A DNA stretch of 64,000 nt from Negaprion brevirostris (GCA_030324005.1 JARDVH010000193.1:36191871-36255870); one strand, 5' to 3'; positions 11,985 to 25,034 are shown, counted from the first letter of the stretch. Translations and numbers: made by a program. The notes: generated by a model from the letters alone, not told the origin.

Positions 11985-12508
11985 GGAAATGATTTTCTGG
12001 CCCAGTTCGCCATGGACACATATTCTATTATGGCCGTTAACTCTTGCGAGAGGGCCATAACGAGATTTGTGCCAAGAAGATCGCAGAATGAGATCCTTCC
12101 AGTTTTGCCATATATTCCAATCCCCTGGTGTGACGTCAAGTCAGCAGGAATCATTACTGGTTTCCAAACCTGGGGGTGAATATAGCCCCTGGATGGTGAG
12201 AGGATGGGTTGAGACTCTGATTCCCTAGCGCTGGTGATGATGGGGGAGGGGAGCTCTTTTATTTTAATTTGAGTTCGAGGCTCCCTTTAAAAAGGGTGCT
12301 CCAATCTCTATGGAGCTGCATTTGCTGGAATCGTTAAGCTTCACCCCTCAGGCATAATGGTACAAAACATGACCCCCTCCCACCTCTCTGCTTTTTTTTG
12401 TGTCACAAGATCTGGAGAGAAGATCTGCCTGCTTCCCTGAGGTGAAACACACCAGCTTTCAGTCAGAACCTGACACAATCTGCCATTTTTTGGGGAAATT
12501 CCGCCCAA
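11985..12508. mobile_element. Harbinger-type MITE(s), decayed
   Basis: GC-rich; ends gtgaatatagcccc (about 12190) and ttttggggaaattccgccc (about 12505). Confidence 0.55.
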
Positions 12509-12870
12509 AAGCCCGGAACTGAATTTCGATATTGGCAATTCTGGATCAAGGAACAAAGCAATGCAAGAGCCTAATGTTAATCCTGAGGTATAATAAATAA
12601 GTAATGAATACATATCAAAGTTCACCATTGCTATTATGTTCTGTGCAGCATTATCTAATATTAGCTTGTGTTGAATTTGGTTCATTGATGAGGCAAGGCC
12701 ATTAATATGTACAGGTTCAATTGATCAAATTTCATGGTGTTACATAATTTTAATATTTATAACTCTGAGAGAAAAGAAAATTACTTCAGAAACACCAGAG
12801 TACCTTCCATTGCGATTTACTGAAGCATTGGTGATTGGGATAAAATTAATGTTCTTATTTTCCTATACAG

Positions 12871-12883
12871 CTGGTGCATTTGA
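12871..12883 (+). CDS. Possible alternative terminal exon start, (G)WCI-stop
   Basis: Acceptor gttcttattttcctatacAG; phase-2 join gives GGC TGG TGC ATT TGA. Confidence 0.3.
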
Positions 12884-14754
12884 ATTAATCATAACAGGCA
12901 GAAGTTATAAATCATGCAAAATCAATAGAAGCTGACAGAAAGATGAAACTTTCTGCATAATATTTGCTGATTAAAACAGAATTTTTTTGGAAACTTATGC
13001 ACAGAGTTGTTGTGGTAAACCAAGGGCCGAGACCAGTTTTTAATATGCAATAAGTAATTACCCCTGAACAAAATGGATCTGATATGCTGGCTGCACACAG
13101 TATATCATTGCGTGAGTTCTTATATTCCTCACTAAACAGCTGTTTATCATGTGATCAGACAATTTAAGAAGCTTAAATAATGTTCTTAGCTGATGATCTA
13201 CTGTGTGTGTGACCCCGAGGAAAAAGAAAATCCATCACTGATTAGTTAGCAGGCTATGAGGTATAATATTTACTGTGGAAAACATTCAATGTCAACCACC
13301 TTAAATATTAGGACAATCAAAGCTGAGTTATAATAATACTCTGCCTGCGAAGGGAAACAATTATATACTGATGCTTCACGCACAATTTAATTTTTTTTTA
13401 ACAAAATCCACCAATCTGGTTCACATAACCATATGTTCATGCATGATAATGTCCAGAAGAATTAATTATGAAGGGAAATCTGTGTACTAAGTATTAATCA
13501 CAGCTCAGTATGACATATTGAACAATATATGTAGTAAGACAGTTTTAAAGATAGCTCTGATAAGATCACTTCCCTTACCAGCAATCTAACAGTGTTGGTT
13601 CACTCGTTTGTTTAATTCAATAAGCTACGCAATAGGATCAGCATTTTCGTGGATTTAAATGAGATGCTCCACTGGTATTAATTTTATTTTTGCTGTATTA
13701 TATCATTCAGCGTTCCAGGAAAACTGTTGCAATTTTTATTTATCCTTGGAATTCACGAGAGTTATTTCTAGTTGAGAAGTGACGGTTTAAATGGATTGAT
13801 TTTTAGTTACACTCTGGAAAGGGCCTTGGAGGAACCCCATATTAAAGTTCTGAACCTTTGCTTCAGAGAATTGTGATATCTTACGCACTTTACCAAAGCA
13901 TCTTACTTCCCAAAATAATTTCAAGGCCTTTCTCAAAGGAGAATAGATTTTATGCACACTATTAGACATTAGAATGCAGTATTTATTATTCATTATAACA
14001 GATGGGTCTCATTGTAAGCAACAAGAAATCCACTATATTGTTTCTACTGAGGCTCTTCAGATACCATTACGTTTCCTGTTTTTAAACAGAATGATTTAAA
14101 AACTGCCAGTAAAAACATATTTATTAGAAACTATCCAGAACATTACATTACTTACTGTGTAATTTCCTGGGCAACATGGCAACCCCCATGGAGTCTGTTT
14201 TCTGTTTTTGAACATAATGGTGTATGATCACACAGCGAAGTCGAGACAAGTGCTTAATAGACTAATAATTACCCAATGTTAGTCATCTTAATTTACTCCT
14301 TTAGGAGAATGTGGGATGTGATTAAGAAAAATGCATCAATCCAGCATTTAGCTTCTGTGGGTTTCTTCACAGTTCTGGCTCCCTACAATGTTCAACAGAT
14401 TCAGATTGGCGAATATATTATCCTTCAGTGGGTGGCGCTGTTAACACAAATGAATAATGTAGCAAATACAACAGATATCCAGTTTGTACTGGAGCTGAGA
14501 ATATCTCACGCTCCTATTTGCTTGTAGTGCATCAAAGAAACAGTATTGGATAGTGTGGCTGTGGGAAAAAAGTAGGGGTTGGGGGGAGAGTTGAGTGTGG
14601 AGGACGAGAAAAGATTTGGCACTGCTTATGGGAAGCGATCATCTGAAAAGTTTCAGTTTCTTTGGTGATAGTAGGAGAGAAACATCAGCCAATGTTTTGT
14701 GAGAGATGGTCTCGGCAATCATGTAATGAAAACTCAAATTGTTTTTATTAAGGC

Positions 14755-15220
14755 CATAAGATATAGGAGCAGAATGAGGCAACTCAGCCTACCGAGGCTC
14801 CTCCACCATTCAATCATGGTTGATGAGTTTCTCAATCCCATTCTCCTGCTTTCTCCCTTGATCCCCTTCCCACTCAAGAACCGATCTATCTCTGTCTTAA
14901 ATGTACTTAATGACCAGGCCTCCAAAGCCTTCTGTGGCTATGAATTCTGTAGATTCATCGCCCTCTGGCTGAAGAAATTCCTCCTCATCTCGGTTCTAAA
15001 GGGTCTTCCCTTTACTCTGAGAGTGTGCCCTCAGGTCTTAGTCTTTCCTATTAATGGAAACATCTTCCCCATGTCCACTCTATCCAGGCCTTTCAGTATC
15101 CTTATGTTTCAATGAGATCTCCCCTCATCCTTCTGTACTCCATTGAGTACAAACTCAGAGTCCTCACACGCTCCTTGTACATCAAGCTTTTCATTCCCGG
15201 GATCATTCCTGTGAACACTG
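14755..15220 (-). mobile_element. CR1/HER1 LINE 3' end
   Basis: ORF 14734-14925 EAWSLSTFKTEIDRFLSGKGIKG; taagatataggagcagaa tail. Confidence 0.92.
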
Positions 15221-15699
15221 ACATGATAATCAATAGATTTTGTTCTGTTAAATATCTTCACTGTGCTACTCACACCTAGGTGCACATGAACAATCTCCAT
15301 CCTATTCCAGCATTGCATTTATACATCAAAGTGCTACTTGGCAACTGGAATAGCACAGAATTTATTTGAACTCATCCTTTAGAGTTGAGTGTGTTAAGTT
15401 ATGAAACTAGAAATAATGAAACCTATGGTTATGAAACCAGGAATGCAAGTTAATCCAATTTCAATTCATACTGTGAGTACAATGACATTGGAGTGCACTA
15501 TCTCACCCATGACCTTACAGCCCAGCTACTCAATAAGTTCCCAAAGCTGTCAGTAGCAGTTTGCAAAGTTGTCCAATCTGCATAACCACATTGCCAATTT
15601 GTAAATAAGTGGGTATCTCTATCATTTAAATATACTTGGGGCCATTATCAATAGGGTAATGACATATTAGTTGGAATTTAATGTAGACTGCCAAAGCAA

Positions 15700-16390
15700 G
15701 CATGATGGCAAGTGGAAAATCGGACAGTAATATTTGCATCCAATTTCTACTGGGGGGAAAACCCTGCCAAATTTTGCGGAGGGGCTGGAAGGTTCTAATG
15801 CATGAATCCTGCCCTCCAGTAGCAGGATGTTAATTAGGCTCCTTAATGAGCCACTTCAATCAAATTATTCCTGAGCCCACTGGGGTTTAATGGTGGCTCT
15901 GGGAATTAAAAGGAAAGCCCCCTCCTGTAAGCCGCCCAGCAAGAACTTTTGGGTTTCTCACTGGCCTTGTTGGAGATCTGCACATTGAGAAGCACTCAAG
16001 GGTACAATCTCGGGACCCAACAGTGGGAAAGAGGAGAGGGAGGAAACCTAAAAGCCACTCCCCACCACCTAATCCTGTGGCAAGAACTCCATCACTGTGA
16101 CCTCCATCCTGCCCCACCTACCTGTCTCTTGTGATCCAGCATCAATCACTATGAACATTACCAGCAGTGCCATTGATCCTGGTAGTTGCTGCCAGTACGG
16201 AAGAGCTGCTAGCCTCTGATTGGCTGATAGTTCTTGAGGGCTGGTATTCCACCTCGCTGGGGCTTTAATCATATGGGAGGCCTGACACTGTCCAGGTAAG
16301 TGTCTGATTGCATTTAAATAGCATTGGCCCTTACAGAGAAAAGCAACTTGGGATTCCCACCAGTTCTCCAAATGATTGGTGGGATTCTTG
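15700..16390. mobile_element. Decayed GC-rich non-autonomous DNA element, Harbinger-like
   Basis: taattaggctccttaatgagcc and ctgattggctg motifs resembling 43125-43430 and 49960-50385. Confidence 0.4.
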
Positions 16391-16958
16391 TCACACACAT
16401 TGGGCACAATCTTACCATTCATTCACGCTAAGTTCCCACTGCAGTGAAGATGGACAATTTGACAACAACTGGAAAATACCAACCATTAAATTCTGTTCAC
16501 CATCTGGGATCTTCTTGCCTCTCTCACATTACAGTAGCAGCACACCCTTAGCCGTGGCTTTTCTTCTCTCCCCTGACATTATTAAGACTATGTCCAGTGA
16601 ACCTAAAGCTGGACAAACCATAAATGTTGCTGAAAAATCTCTTGCTCTATGTCAACTAGACTCAGCTGGCAGCCTTTTGTACCACTGAATTAGAAGGTTG
16701 TAGTTCTAAGTTGTACTCCAGAGCTTCAGCACGTATTGATGTGCATTCAAAATCACTTTGCATCAGCACAAAATTGCCACAAGGACAGCCATAAACAGAA
16801 GTTGATGTACCTACCTTTGGTAAAAGTGTAACAGTGTTCAAGTTATTATGTGGAACCTGAGGCAGATCATAATCAAACTGATAGTTGGCCATTTGGCTAT
16901 CCTACAACACAAGACAAATAATTTTATGCTAAATGCTAAGGTAGCTATTTAAGATAAT

Positions 16959-17634
16959 GGCGACATGATGGCACAGTGGTTAGCACTGCTGCCTCACAGT
17001 TCCAGGGATCTGGGTTCAATTCCAGCCTTGGGTAACTGTGGAGTTTGCACATTCTCCCCTTGTCTGCGTAGGTTTCCTCCGGGCACTCCAGTTTCCTCCC
17101 AGTCCAAAGATGTGCAGGTTAGAACATAGAACATAGAACATTACAGCGCAGAACAGGCCCTTCGGCCCATGATGTTGCGCCGACCAGTTTAAAAACAATG
17201 GCCCACTAACCTAAACCAATCCCTTTTCGTCCATAAACCTATCCACGGATCTCTTAAACGCCCCCAAACTAGGCGCNNNNNNNNNNNNNNNNNNNNNNNN
17301 NNNNNNNNNNNNNNNNNNNNNNNNNNNNNNNNNNNNNNNNNNNNNNNNNNNNNNNNNNNNNNNNNNNNNNNNNNNNCAATCTCTTCCGGTTCCACACACA
17401 ACGTCCCTCTGCTGTCTGTAACTGGCCCTAATCTTGCCCTAACCAACCTGGCCATGCTAAATTACCCTTTGGTGTCCCAAGATGTGTAGTTAGGGGGATT
17501 AGCAGGCTCAATGTATGGTGCTATGGGGATAGGGAGGGGGGCGGGACTGGGTAAGATGCTTGGTCAGGTGGTTGGTGCAAACTCAATGCGCCAAATGGCC
17601 TCCTTCTGCACTGTAAGGATTCTATTCTATTCTA
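16959..17634 (+). mobile_element. Type B V-SINE split by a LINE insertion
   Basis: Head 16959-17121; remainder 17449-17634 (tggccatgctaaatt..gattctattctat). Confidence 0.9.
17122..17445 (-). mobile_element. Young CR1/HER1 LINE inserted in the SINE; interior lost in a gap
   Basis: (agaacat)n tail, cggccc CpGs retained; ORF RARLGPVTDSRGTLCVEPEEI .. LGAFKRSVDRFMD. Confidence 0.9.
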
Positions 17635-17892
17635 TAATCACAAAAAAAGGAAAGTTAGAGATAAACATTTTCAAGCAAGAGGAGTTTAAATTAATGAACT
17701 CTCTGCCACCAGTAACATCTTGTGTAAATTCTTTGAAAAGTGAATTAGAAAATTGCATGACTAAAGAGGGATAATAAAAGTCCTGGGGAGCCATCAAGAC
17801 AATAGGATGAAGTAGCCCATGTGAAGGAAAACACCAGTACAAACCTGATAGTTCCAGTGACCTGTGTTCATGCTACAACATTCTATGATAGT

Positions 17893-18163
17893 AGGATGGA
17901 ATTTTCAAACCCTTCCCAGCGGCGGGATCTTCCAGTCCCGCTGAAGGTGAACCCCACAGTGGGTTCCTTGGTGACGTGGTCAGCAAACAGTGCAAATAGT
18001 CATTCCCTTCTAGCACCAAAAAACCCGGAGGTGGGATGGGGGGGGGTTGTAGGCCAGGAGGGAAATCCCCACCAGTGTCGTTCAGAGGAAACCTTCCAAG
18101 GGGAGCCTAAAGTGAAGACTTAAAGATTGTGACACTCATCCAGAAACCTGTAAAAATTCAGCC
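17893..18163. mobile_element. Harbinger-type MITE
   Basis: ggatggaattttc ... gtaaaaattcagcc inverted termini. Confidence 0.65.
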
Positions 18164-18636
18164 AATAATGATGTGTTTTGGAAACCTGCAGTGAAGCATA
18201 GTACCACACACTGCAAAGCTAGCCTGCCAACAAAAGAAGAAAAGCACAGAAAATCCAACTAGTAGCAGCTGGAAAAAGCACAATGATACATGGCCATCAA
18301 TACCTTTCACTTGGTCTCTAGTCTAGGGAACATCTACCACAAACAGCGTCATGACACACTGCTAAACCTGTCTGTCATGGGAGGACTTCATTTAAAATAT
18401 ATTTGTAGTATGGTGATTATTTCCCGTAATTGCTGTGCATATTTAATGGCTCATATAATCTTAGGCAACTTAATTTTTCTCTCATGTCTCTCGGCAGGAG
18501 TTGTACAGTAATCAGTAATTCTTTTTCACAAGACATTTTATACAAACCAGGTCTACAGGTTATTGAATTAGCAGCTCTGCTGATCCCCTGCCCTTCTCTT
18601 TGTCCACCAAGCCAAATCTCCCTTAGGCACCTCTCT

Positions 18637-19097
18637 GTAGTATAAGGGTCTGAAACATATAGGCCGGAATTCTCTGGCCATTCGTGCCAACTGGATTCTT
18701 TGGTCCTGCCAGGAGTGCACCCATACCTGCGGATTTCCCATGAGTGTGGGGTGATGTCAGTGGAAATTCCCATTGGGTGGGACAGCTAGCAAACAATGCG
18801 CCACTTCCTGCCAGCAGGAAACACGCGGCTGGAAGGCGGGAGAATCTCGTACATGGGGTTAATTTGGACTGAGTATCGAATTGCCCACAGACCAATGTAA
18901 GAGAACATTTGACCCATACCTTGGATTCTGTGTGGTGTTGGACAGAGCTGTGTGCAGACCCAAGCATGGAGACAGCTCTTGGCTTGTATCCTTTAATATA
19001 TCTTTGGAAGCTGTTCGAGTATTTAGTAAAGACTTAGAATTAATCTACTTCAGACTAGGAAGACCTTATTAAAGTCTATCAAGATGTAACCAATACC
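18637..19097 (+). mobile_element. Solo LTR related to the 60267 LTR, with a MITE inserted at 18661-18850
   Basis: Starts tgtagtataagggtctga, identical to 60267; shares ggactg.gtat and agc.tggagacagctc; MITE termini aggccggaattctc/gggagaatctcg. Confidence 0.7.
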
Positions 19098-19149
19098 CGC
19101 CTCCCCCCAATACTCTCTGCCCTCATCCTGAATCCATGTTTTTTTTTTC

Positions 19150-20960
19150 AGTTTATTTTCTTTCATATCTCTTCCCCCTCTGTCTTTACACACCACTGTC
19201 CCACCTTCAGCATACCTTTCTTTCCTATATTCCTTGGACAAGTTGACAACTTTCAAACCTGAATTCCTCTTTTCCACAGCTTTCAATTTGAATCTTTCCC
19301 ATCAAACTTTCACCCCTGCCGCAGCGCTGAAGTGACCCTAACTAAAGTCATAAATGATGAGACTGTGACCATGGTGTATTAAGTTTTCTTATCCTATTTG
19401 ACCTATTGGCAGCCTTTGACATGCTTGATACCTGTTGTTAAGCCGAGTGGTACTGAGTGGTTCCCTTTATCCAGTCAGTGCTGGAATCTCACCAACAGTG
19501 GCTTCTGTTTCCCCCACATTGTTCAGGGGTCCCAAGCATCTGTCCTCGACTCCTTCCTTCTGGTAATTACATTTGCTACTCTTTGCCAATATCATCTACT
19601 AACATGGCATCAGCTGCTGTATATTTGTTCCCTCCCCCCATCTCCCAAACCATTCACTGTGTTTGTGCTGTCAGACTGCTTGCGCGCTTCGATTCATGGG
19701 TACTCCACAATATTTTGCAGGTAAACATTGAGAAGACTGCAGTCATCAACATCAGCCGACCACACAAACCCAGTCCTTCTCCCTGGTCATTGTCTCAAGC
19801 TGAAACTGACTGTTCACAACTTCAGCATCTTTTTTCACCACAGTCTGAGTTTTTAAACCCATCTACTCTCCACTTCTGTAACATTGCCCTCTCTTCCCCT
19901 ACTTCAGCCTCTTTGTTAATGAAACCCGAATCTAGACCTTGTTATCTTCCAGATGACTATTCCAATGCTTCAATTCTCCCCTGGCTGGACCCTCATTTTC
20001 CAACACCCATAAACTTCAGCTCGTCATTTGTGGTCACCCTTCAGCCAACTTACATTGATTCCTCGTTCCTCAATGCCTCATATTAACAAGTACATTTTTA
20101 AAAATTCATTCAAGGGATATGGGCATCTCTAGCTATGCGAACATCCCTAATTGCCCTTAAGAACCTGGTGGTGAGCTGCCTTCTTGAAGCATTGCAATTC
20201 ACCTGGTGTAGATACAGTGCTATGAGGGAGCGAGTTCCAGGATTTTGACCTAGTGACAGTGAAGGAATGGAAATATATTTCCATGTTTGGATGACGAATG
20301 GCTTGGAGGGGAACTTCTAGCTGATGCTCCCATGTGTCTGCTGCCCCTGTCCTTTTAGATAGTAGTGGCTATGAATTTGGAAGGTGCTGTCTAACGAACC
20401 TTTGTGGGTTCCTGCAGTGCATTTTGTAGATGATTCATATTGCTGCTACAGTGCATTAATGGTGAGGGATTGAATGTTTGTGGGTTGGGTACCAATCAAG
20501 TGGGCTGCTTTGTTCTGGGTGGCGTAGATTGTGGACAGACTTTGGAGACTCGGGAGTTGAGTTACTTGGATTCCTAGCCTCTGACCTGCTCTTGGAGTCA
20601 CAATATTTATATGGCTAGTCCATATCTGTTTATTTAAATCGCTTTGTTAAGTTGTTTCAGGCATTTTGCCCCTCCCGCCTTCCAAGATCCATGCCCTGAA
20701 CTCTTACATTCCTTTAACTTTGACCTATCAAGCACCCCCTATTCCATTATACCTCATGTATAATTGTTCCTTCAGCTACCAGTCTCACAATCTGGAATTC
20801 CCTCCGTAAACCTTTCCACTTGTCCCAAAATTCATCTCTGTGATCTCCTAATATCTCCATCATTGTTGTGGCAATAATTTTTGTATATTACATCTCTGTG
20901 AGGTGCCTTACCAGATTGATCTAGGTTAAATACACCAATAAATGGAATTTGTTGTTCTTG
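19150..20960 (+). mobile_element. L2-clade LINE (RT to 3' end), interrupted at 20095-20625
   Basis: Decayed S.E.TLTKVIND..ILFDL.AAFD and GVPQGS.L motifs; L2-type 3' end ctggaattccctccgtaaacc..gtgaggtgcctt. Confidence 0.78.
20095..20625 (-). mobile_element. 3' end of a second CR1-clade LINE family
   Basis: attcattcaagggat..catccctaattgccctt..gaaggtgctgtctaa; same family as 60780-61970. Confidence 0.85.
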
Positions 20961-21035
20961 CTGAGATTATTATTGCCCTTTAAATTATTCACATTGCAAT
21001 TGCAGTTGGTAGGTTCCACCAGAATGTAAATGTTA

Positions 21036-22312
21036 ACACAGACTCCACATTTTCCAGTTCTGATGAAAGGTAATCAATAAGGAACTTTGGCCTGTGTTTT
21101 TGCAGAGTCTCCATGACTCTGTGAACCTTTTAAATTGGTGGGCTGGATCCAGACTTTGAAACCTGCCAGTAGGATTTATGCCAGTAGGGTAATGAGATGG
21201 GTCATGTTCACACATGGAGAAAACCTAAACCCAGCAGGATTATTTGAAATCAGTGCTATGTTCAAACAAACACCCTTTACCATTTTAGTAAGGACCCTAA
21301 TCCACAGTGTGGGAGCTACAAATTTGTAGGGTACCTGTAAATGCTCTTTAGAGATGGATAGGGTTTTTGTTAATCTGTGAAATTATTTAAATCCCTAGAC
21401 CTTTAAAAGCCTGTATCAATGAGAGTTGTATTAAATCTACTCTAGCAATGGTTACAATATCTGCTTGTTGACATTACCCCAAGGCCTATCATTGCACCAC
21501 TATTGATGTTTGGTTGTTTTACACGACTTATAGTTACCTCAGTAAGGGATCAGAAGTTCAGAGTTTGATTGACAACTTAAAGAGGTTGTTAAATGATTTG
21601 TTGCCTTTGATGTGGGGGTGTGAAGACAAATCTGTTCATTTCGATAAAGGATTAAGCACTTGAGGGGATTTAAGTGTTTTGAATGGAAGTTTATTTATTA
21701 TAATAAAGGCTGTAACAGATATTTAGAGTTTAGTTTAATTTCATCGCTACATTGCTGCTGAGGTCTACTTATGGTGGACACTGGGTGAGTGGATATGGAG
21801 GATGCAAGGCAAAGGTTGGGGGCAGCGGGATGATATGAGTTGACATTAAATTGGTATGGGGATTACAAGGAGCCATAAGGGCAGTTGGGATGCATGGGTT
21901 GGCATGAATGGTATGAGGGACCATTGAGGTAGGAGGAGCCATGTGTTGGCATGAGGTGGCATGGGGAATGGATGGAGGGATGAGGAGTGTGAAAGATGCG
22001 GTTTGCAGGCCTAATATTAATCAAAACACCTGGGACAAAATTGCATAGAATTGATGCAAGCCTTTGAAGCAGTATACCTGCACACTTGGATGTCCTTTTG
22101 GCCACTTCTGGTGCTGGTAGACCCAACTCTATTCTGCATCTGACTCTTTCCCTCCAGAGCGAACATCCCACCATTCGGGTGACTTACCTCCAAGGTGGGC
22201 ATGGCAATCCGAGATATTTCTCAAACCTCACTACCTGACGCACTAACAAATTTCTCTTTCTGTAGATGCTGTCAGATGTACTGAGTATTTTCAGCATTTT
22301 CTGTTTTTCATG
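21036..22312 (+). mobile_element. Penelope-like terminal fragment (21036-21080 and 22250-22312) split by a ~1.1 kb insert, probably a non-autonomous DNA element
   Basis: cagttctgatgaaagg and tttctct..tgtagatgctgtcaga..tgagtattttcagcattttctgttt correspond to neighbouring parts of the 38538-38665 copy. Confidence 0.55.
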
Positions 22313-22492
22313 CTGAAATATTGAGCTGCTTTAATACCATTGATACTCTGTAGTTAGCTTTGTTTTATTGTCATTCATTATTTTGTTTTCTTTGATCCAT
22401 TTGGCCTGGGGCCATTATTTGCTTCCACAAAGAATTTACTGAGCTGGATAAGACAGTGATTCATTTGATTTCTAATAATATCCAACTCGACT

Positions 22493-22612
22493 TGTTAACA
22501 AATTAAAGGAACTACAATAAAGTTTAAAAAACCCACTTACTTTTAACAAACCCACTTACTGTTAACAAATTAAAGGAACTACAATAAAGTTTAAAAAACC
22601 CACTTACTTTTA
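22493..22612 (+). repeat. Perfect 53-bp direct duplication, period 67
   Basis: tgttaacaaattaaaggaactacaataaagtttaaaaaacccacttactttta at 22493 and 22560. Confidence 0.95.
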
Positions 22613-22784
22613 TCATTTAATTCCTCCATGGTTTTGTTCCTTGCTATGTCTATAACCTCATCCATCTCTACCCCAATTTCTCATTCATACGAGTGTTTTC
22701 AGTAATCTAGACTCTTCAATTCATTTCCCAAACTGCTCCACCTCCCATAACTCTACTAAGGTCTTCATTAGAACAGACCTAAAA

Positions 22785-23525
22785 GGAAATCTTGCATTTG
22801 TCTAATATGGGTGACACAGTGGCACAGTGGTTAGCAGTGGTTCCCTGTATACTGTACGTAATAAACAATTTGTAGCTTGTCTTGGCAATCGATAAAATCT
22901 TCACACTCATTGTTTAGGAATCTCACATGGTGGCATAGTGGTTAGCACTGCTTCTCAGCATCAGGAACCTGGGTTCAATTCCTGGCTGAGGTTGCTGTCT
23001 GTGCGGAGGCTGCAAATTCTCTCCATGTCTGTGTGGGTTTCATAGANNNNNNNNNNNNNNNNNNNNNNNNNNNNNNNNNNNNNNNNNNNNNNNNNNNNNN
23101 NNNNNNNNNNNNNNNNNNNNNNNNNNNNNNNNNNNNNNNNNNNNNNNNNNNNNNNNNNNNNNNNNNNNNNNNNNNNNNNNNNAAGGGGTAATTTTAGCAT
23201 GGTCAACCAACCTGACCCGCACATCTTTGGTCTCCAGATGCTCCGGTTTCCTCCCACAGTCCAAAAGATGCGCTAGTTAGGAGCATTGGCCATGCTAAAT
23301 TCTCCCTCAGTTCACTCGAACAGTTGCTGGAGTGTGGCGACTAGGGGATTTTCACAGTAACTTCATTACAGTGTTAATGTAAGCTTACTTGTGATATTAA
23401 TAAATAAACTTTAAACTTTCACAACCTCAGGATGTCCTAAAGAACTTTATATCCAGTTAAGTACTTATTGAAGCATGCTCTCTATTAGAATGACGTTAGC
23501 TGAGGGACAAATATTGGCTAGGACT
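22785..23525 (-). mobile_element. SacSINE1/DeuSINE 3' fragment interrupted by V-SINEs
   Basis: cttgcattt..tat | insert | tttcacaacctcaggatgtcc..gtactt..tgagggacaaatattggctagga. Confidence 0.6.
22810..23420 (+). mobile_element. V-SINE cluster: head fragment at 22810, type A copy 22926-23420 with an antisense SINE piece at 23183-23232
   Basis: Head, B box and type A tail motifs. Confidence 0.88.
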
Positions 23526-23869
23526 CTAAACAATTTTGGCCTAGAGTTAGCAATCTGTTAGCTTCAGAAAGATGCCAGTCTGAATGTGTGCAGTATGCAC
23601 AATTTCCCAATAACTGTCTCACTACATTTGACCGATGATTAGATTTCAGACTCTCTTTGTTCCAAATTGTTTTAAAACATGCTGGCGAACAATTTCAATT
23701 TTGTTTTCATCGGGTAGGCTTCACATTTTAATTATTATATCCACAGTTGAAATAACGTGTTTAAATTTTATTCCAGAAAAGACAAAGAGCAGCTATCCTT
23801 TTTGCTTTTTATGATTAAAGTCAAAAGGAAGAACTTATTTTTTTTGTATGAGTTTATATGAGTGTGTTG

Positions 23870-24006
23870 ATGAGAGGGAGAGAGAGACTGTGTGTGTGTT
23901 TGTGTGNNNNNNNNNNNNNNNNNNNNNNNNNNNNNNNNNNNNNNNNNNNNNNNNNNNNNNNNNNNNNNNNNNNNNNNNNNNNNNNNNNNNNNNNNNNNNN
24001 NNNNNN

Positions 24007-24083
<77 letters not shown>

Positions 24084-24096
24084 TGTGTGAGTGTGT
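23870..24096 (+). repeat. (GT)n/(GA)n compound microsatellite spanning a gap
   Basis: Seen directly. Confidence 0.98.
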
Positions 24097-24309
24097 ATAA
24101 AGAAGTAAGTGAAATGGAGGATGTGATACAGCAATGTGGGGGGGCGGTGGAAGCCAGTGGGGGTGGAGGTGTGGGCAGGGGGAGCTCGGGGCATTAGATT
24201 CAGGAAGAAATGTCTTGAAAGGCATCATTTTTGACCAGAGATGGAACCATGTCCTGGAAGTTGTTGGAAGACAGCTGCAGAAATGCTTGTTACAGGTATC
24301 AATCTAAAA

Positions 24310-25030
24310 AACCTCACTCCAATGTATTTATATCCTTCCTTAAATAAGGAAACTAATACTGCACACAGTATCTGAGATGTGATATCACCAATGCCTTGTA
24401 TAACTGAAGCATGACCTTTATGTGCAATTGCTCTCGTAATAAAAGAGTAACAATAAAAGTTAGAATGTTCACATTCTAACTTTTTGTGACGTATGCACAA
24501 GGACACCTAGATCCCTCTGTACTTGGCATTCTGCAGTCATTCTTCGTTTAAGTAATGATCTGCTTTTTTATTCTTCCTGCTTAAGGGAACAACTTCACAT
24601 TTTCCCACATTATACTCCATCTGCCAGATTTTTGCCCATTCACTCAAACTATCTCTATCTGCCAACTCCTTATGTCTTCTTCACAACGTATCCTCCTACC
24701 TATCTTTGTGTCATTGGCAAATTTAGCTCCCCTCATCTAAGTCATAGATGTAAATTGTAAAAAGTCGAGGCCTCAGTACAGGTTGCTTTGGGAGTCTACT
24801 CATCCCATCCTGCCAATTGACAATGACCCATTTATGCGTACTCTGTTTTCTGCCAGCCAGCCAATTTTCAATCCTGGCTAATACGTTACCCCCTACATCA
24901 TGAGCTTTTATTTTTTTGCAATAACCTTCGATGTGGCACCTTATCAAATGCTTTCTGGAAATCCAAGTACAGCACATCCCTTCCAACTACAGCACATGAC
25001 ACTCTTTCAAAGAACTCTAATAAATTGATT
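24310..25030 (-). mobile_element. CR1 LINE RT fragment
   Basis: Antisense YLDFQKAFDKVPH, IENWLAGRKQ, FTIYIYDLDEG. Confidence 0.93.
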
Positions 25031-25034
25031 AAAT

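Noticed and set aside
19457-20086. 209-aa ORF without gaps
   Set aside because: Lies within a decayed L2 LINE and drifts between TE frames; not a host gene
23835-24228. HT/VC-repeat ORFs
   Set aside because: Translations of a (GT)n microsatellite
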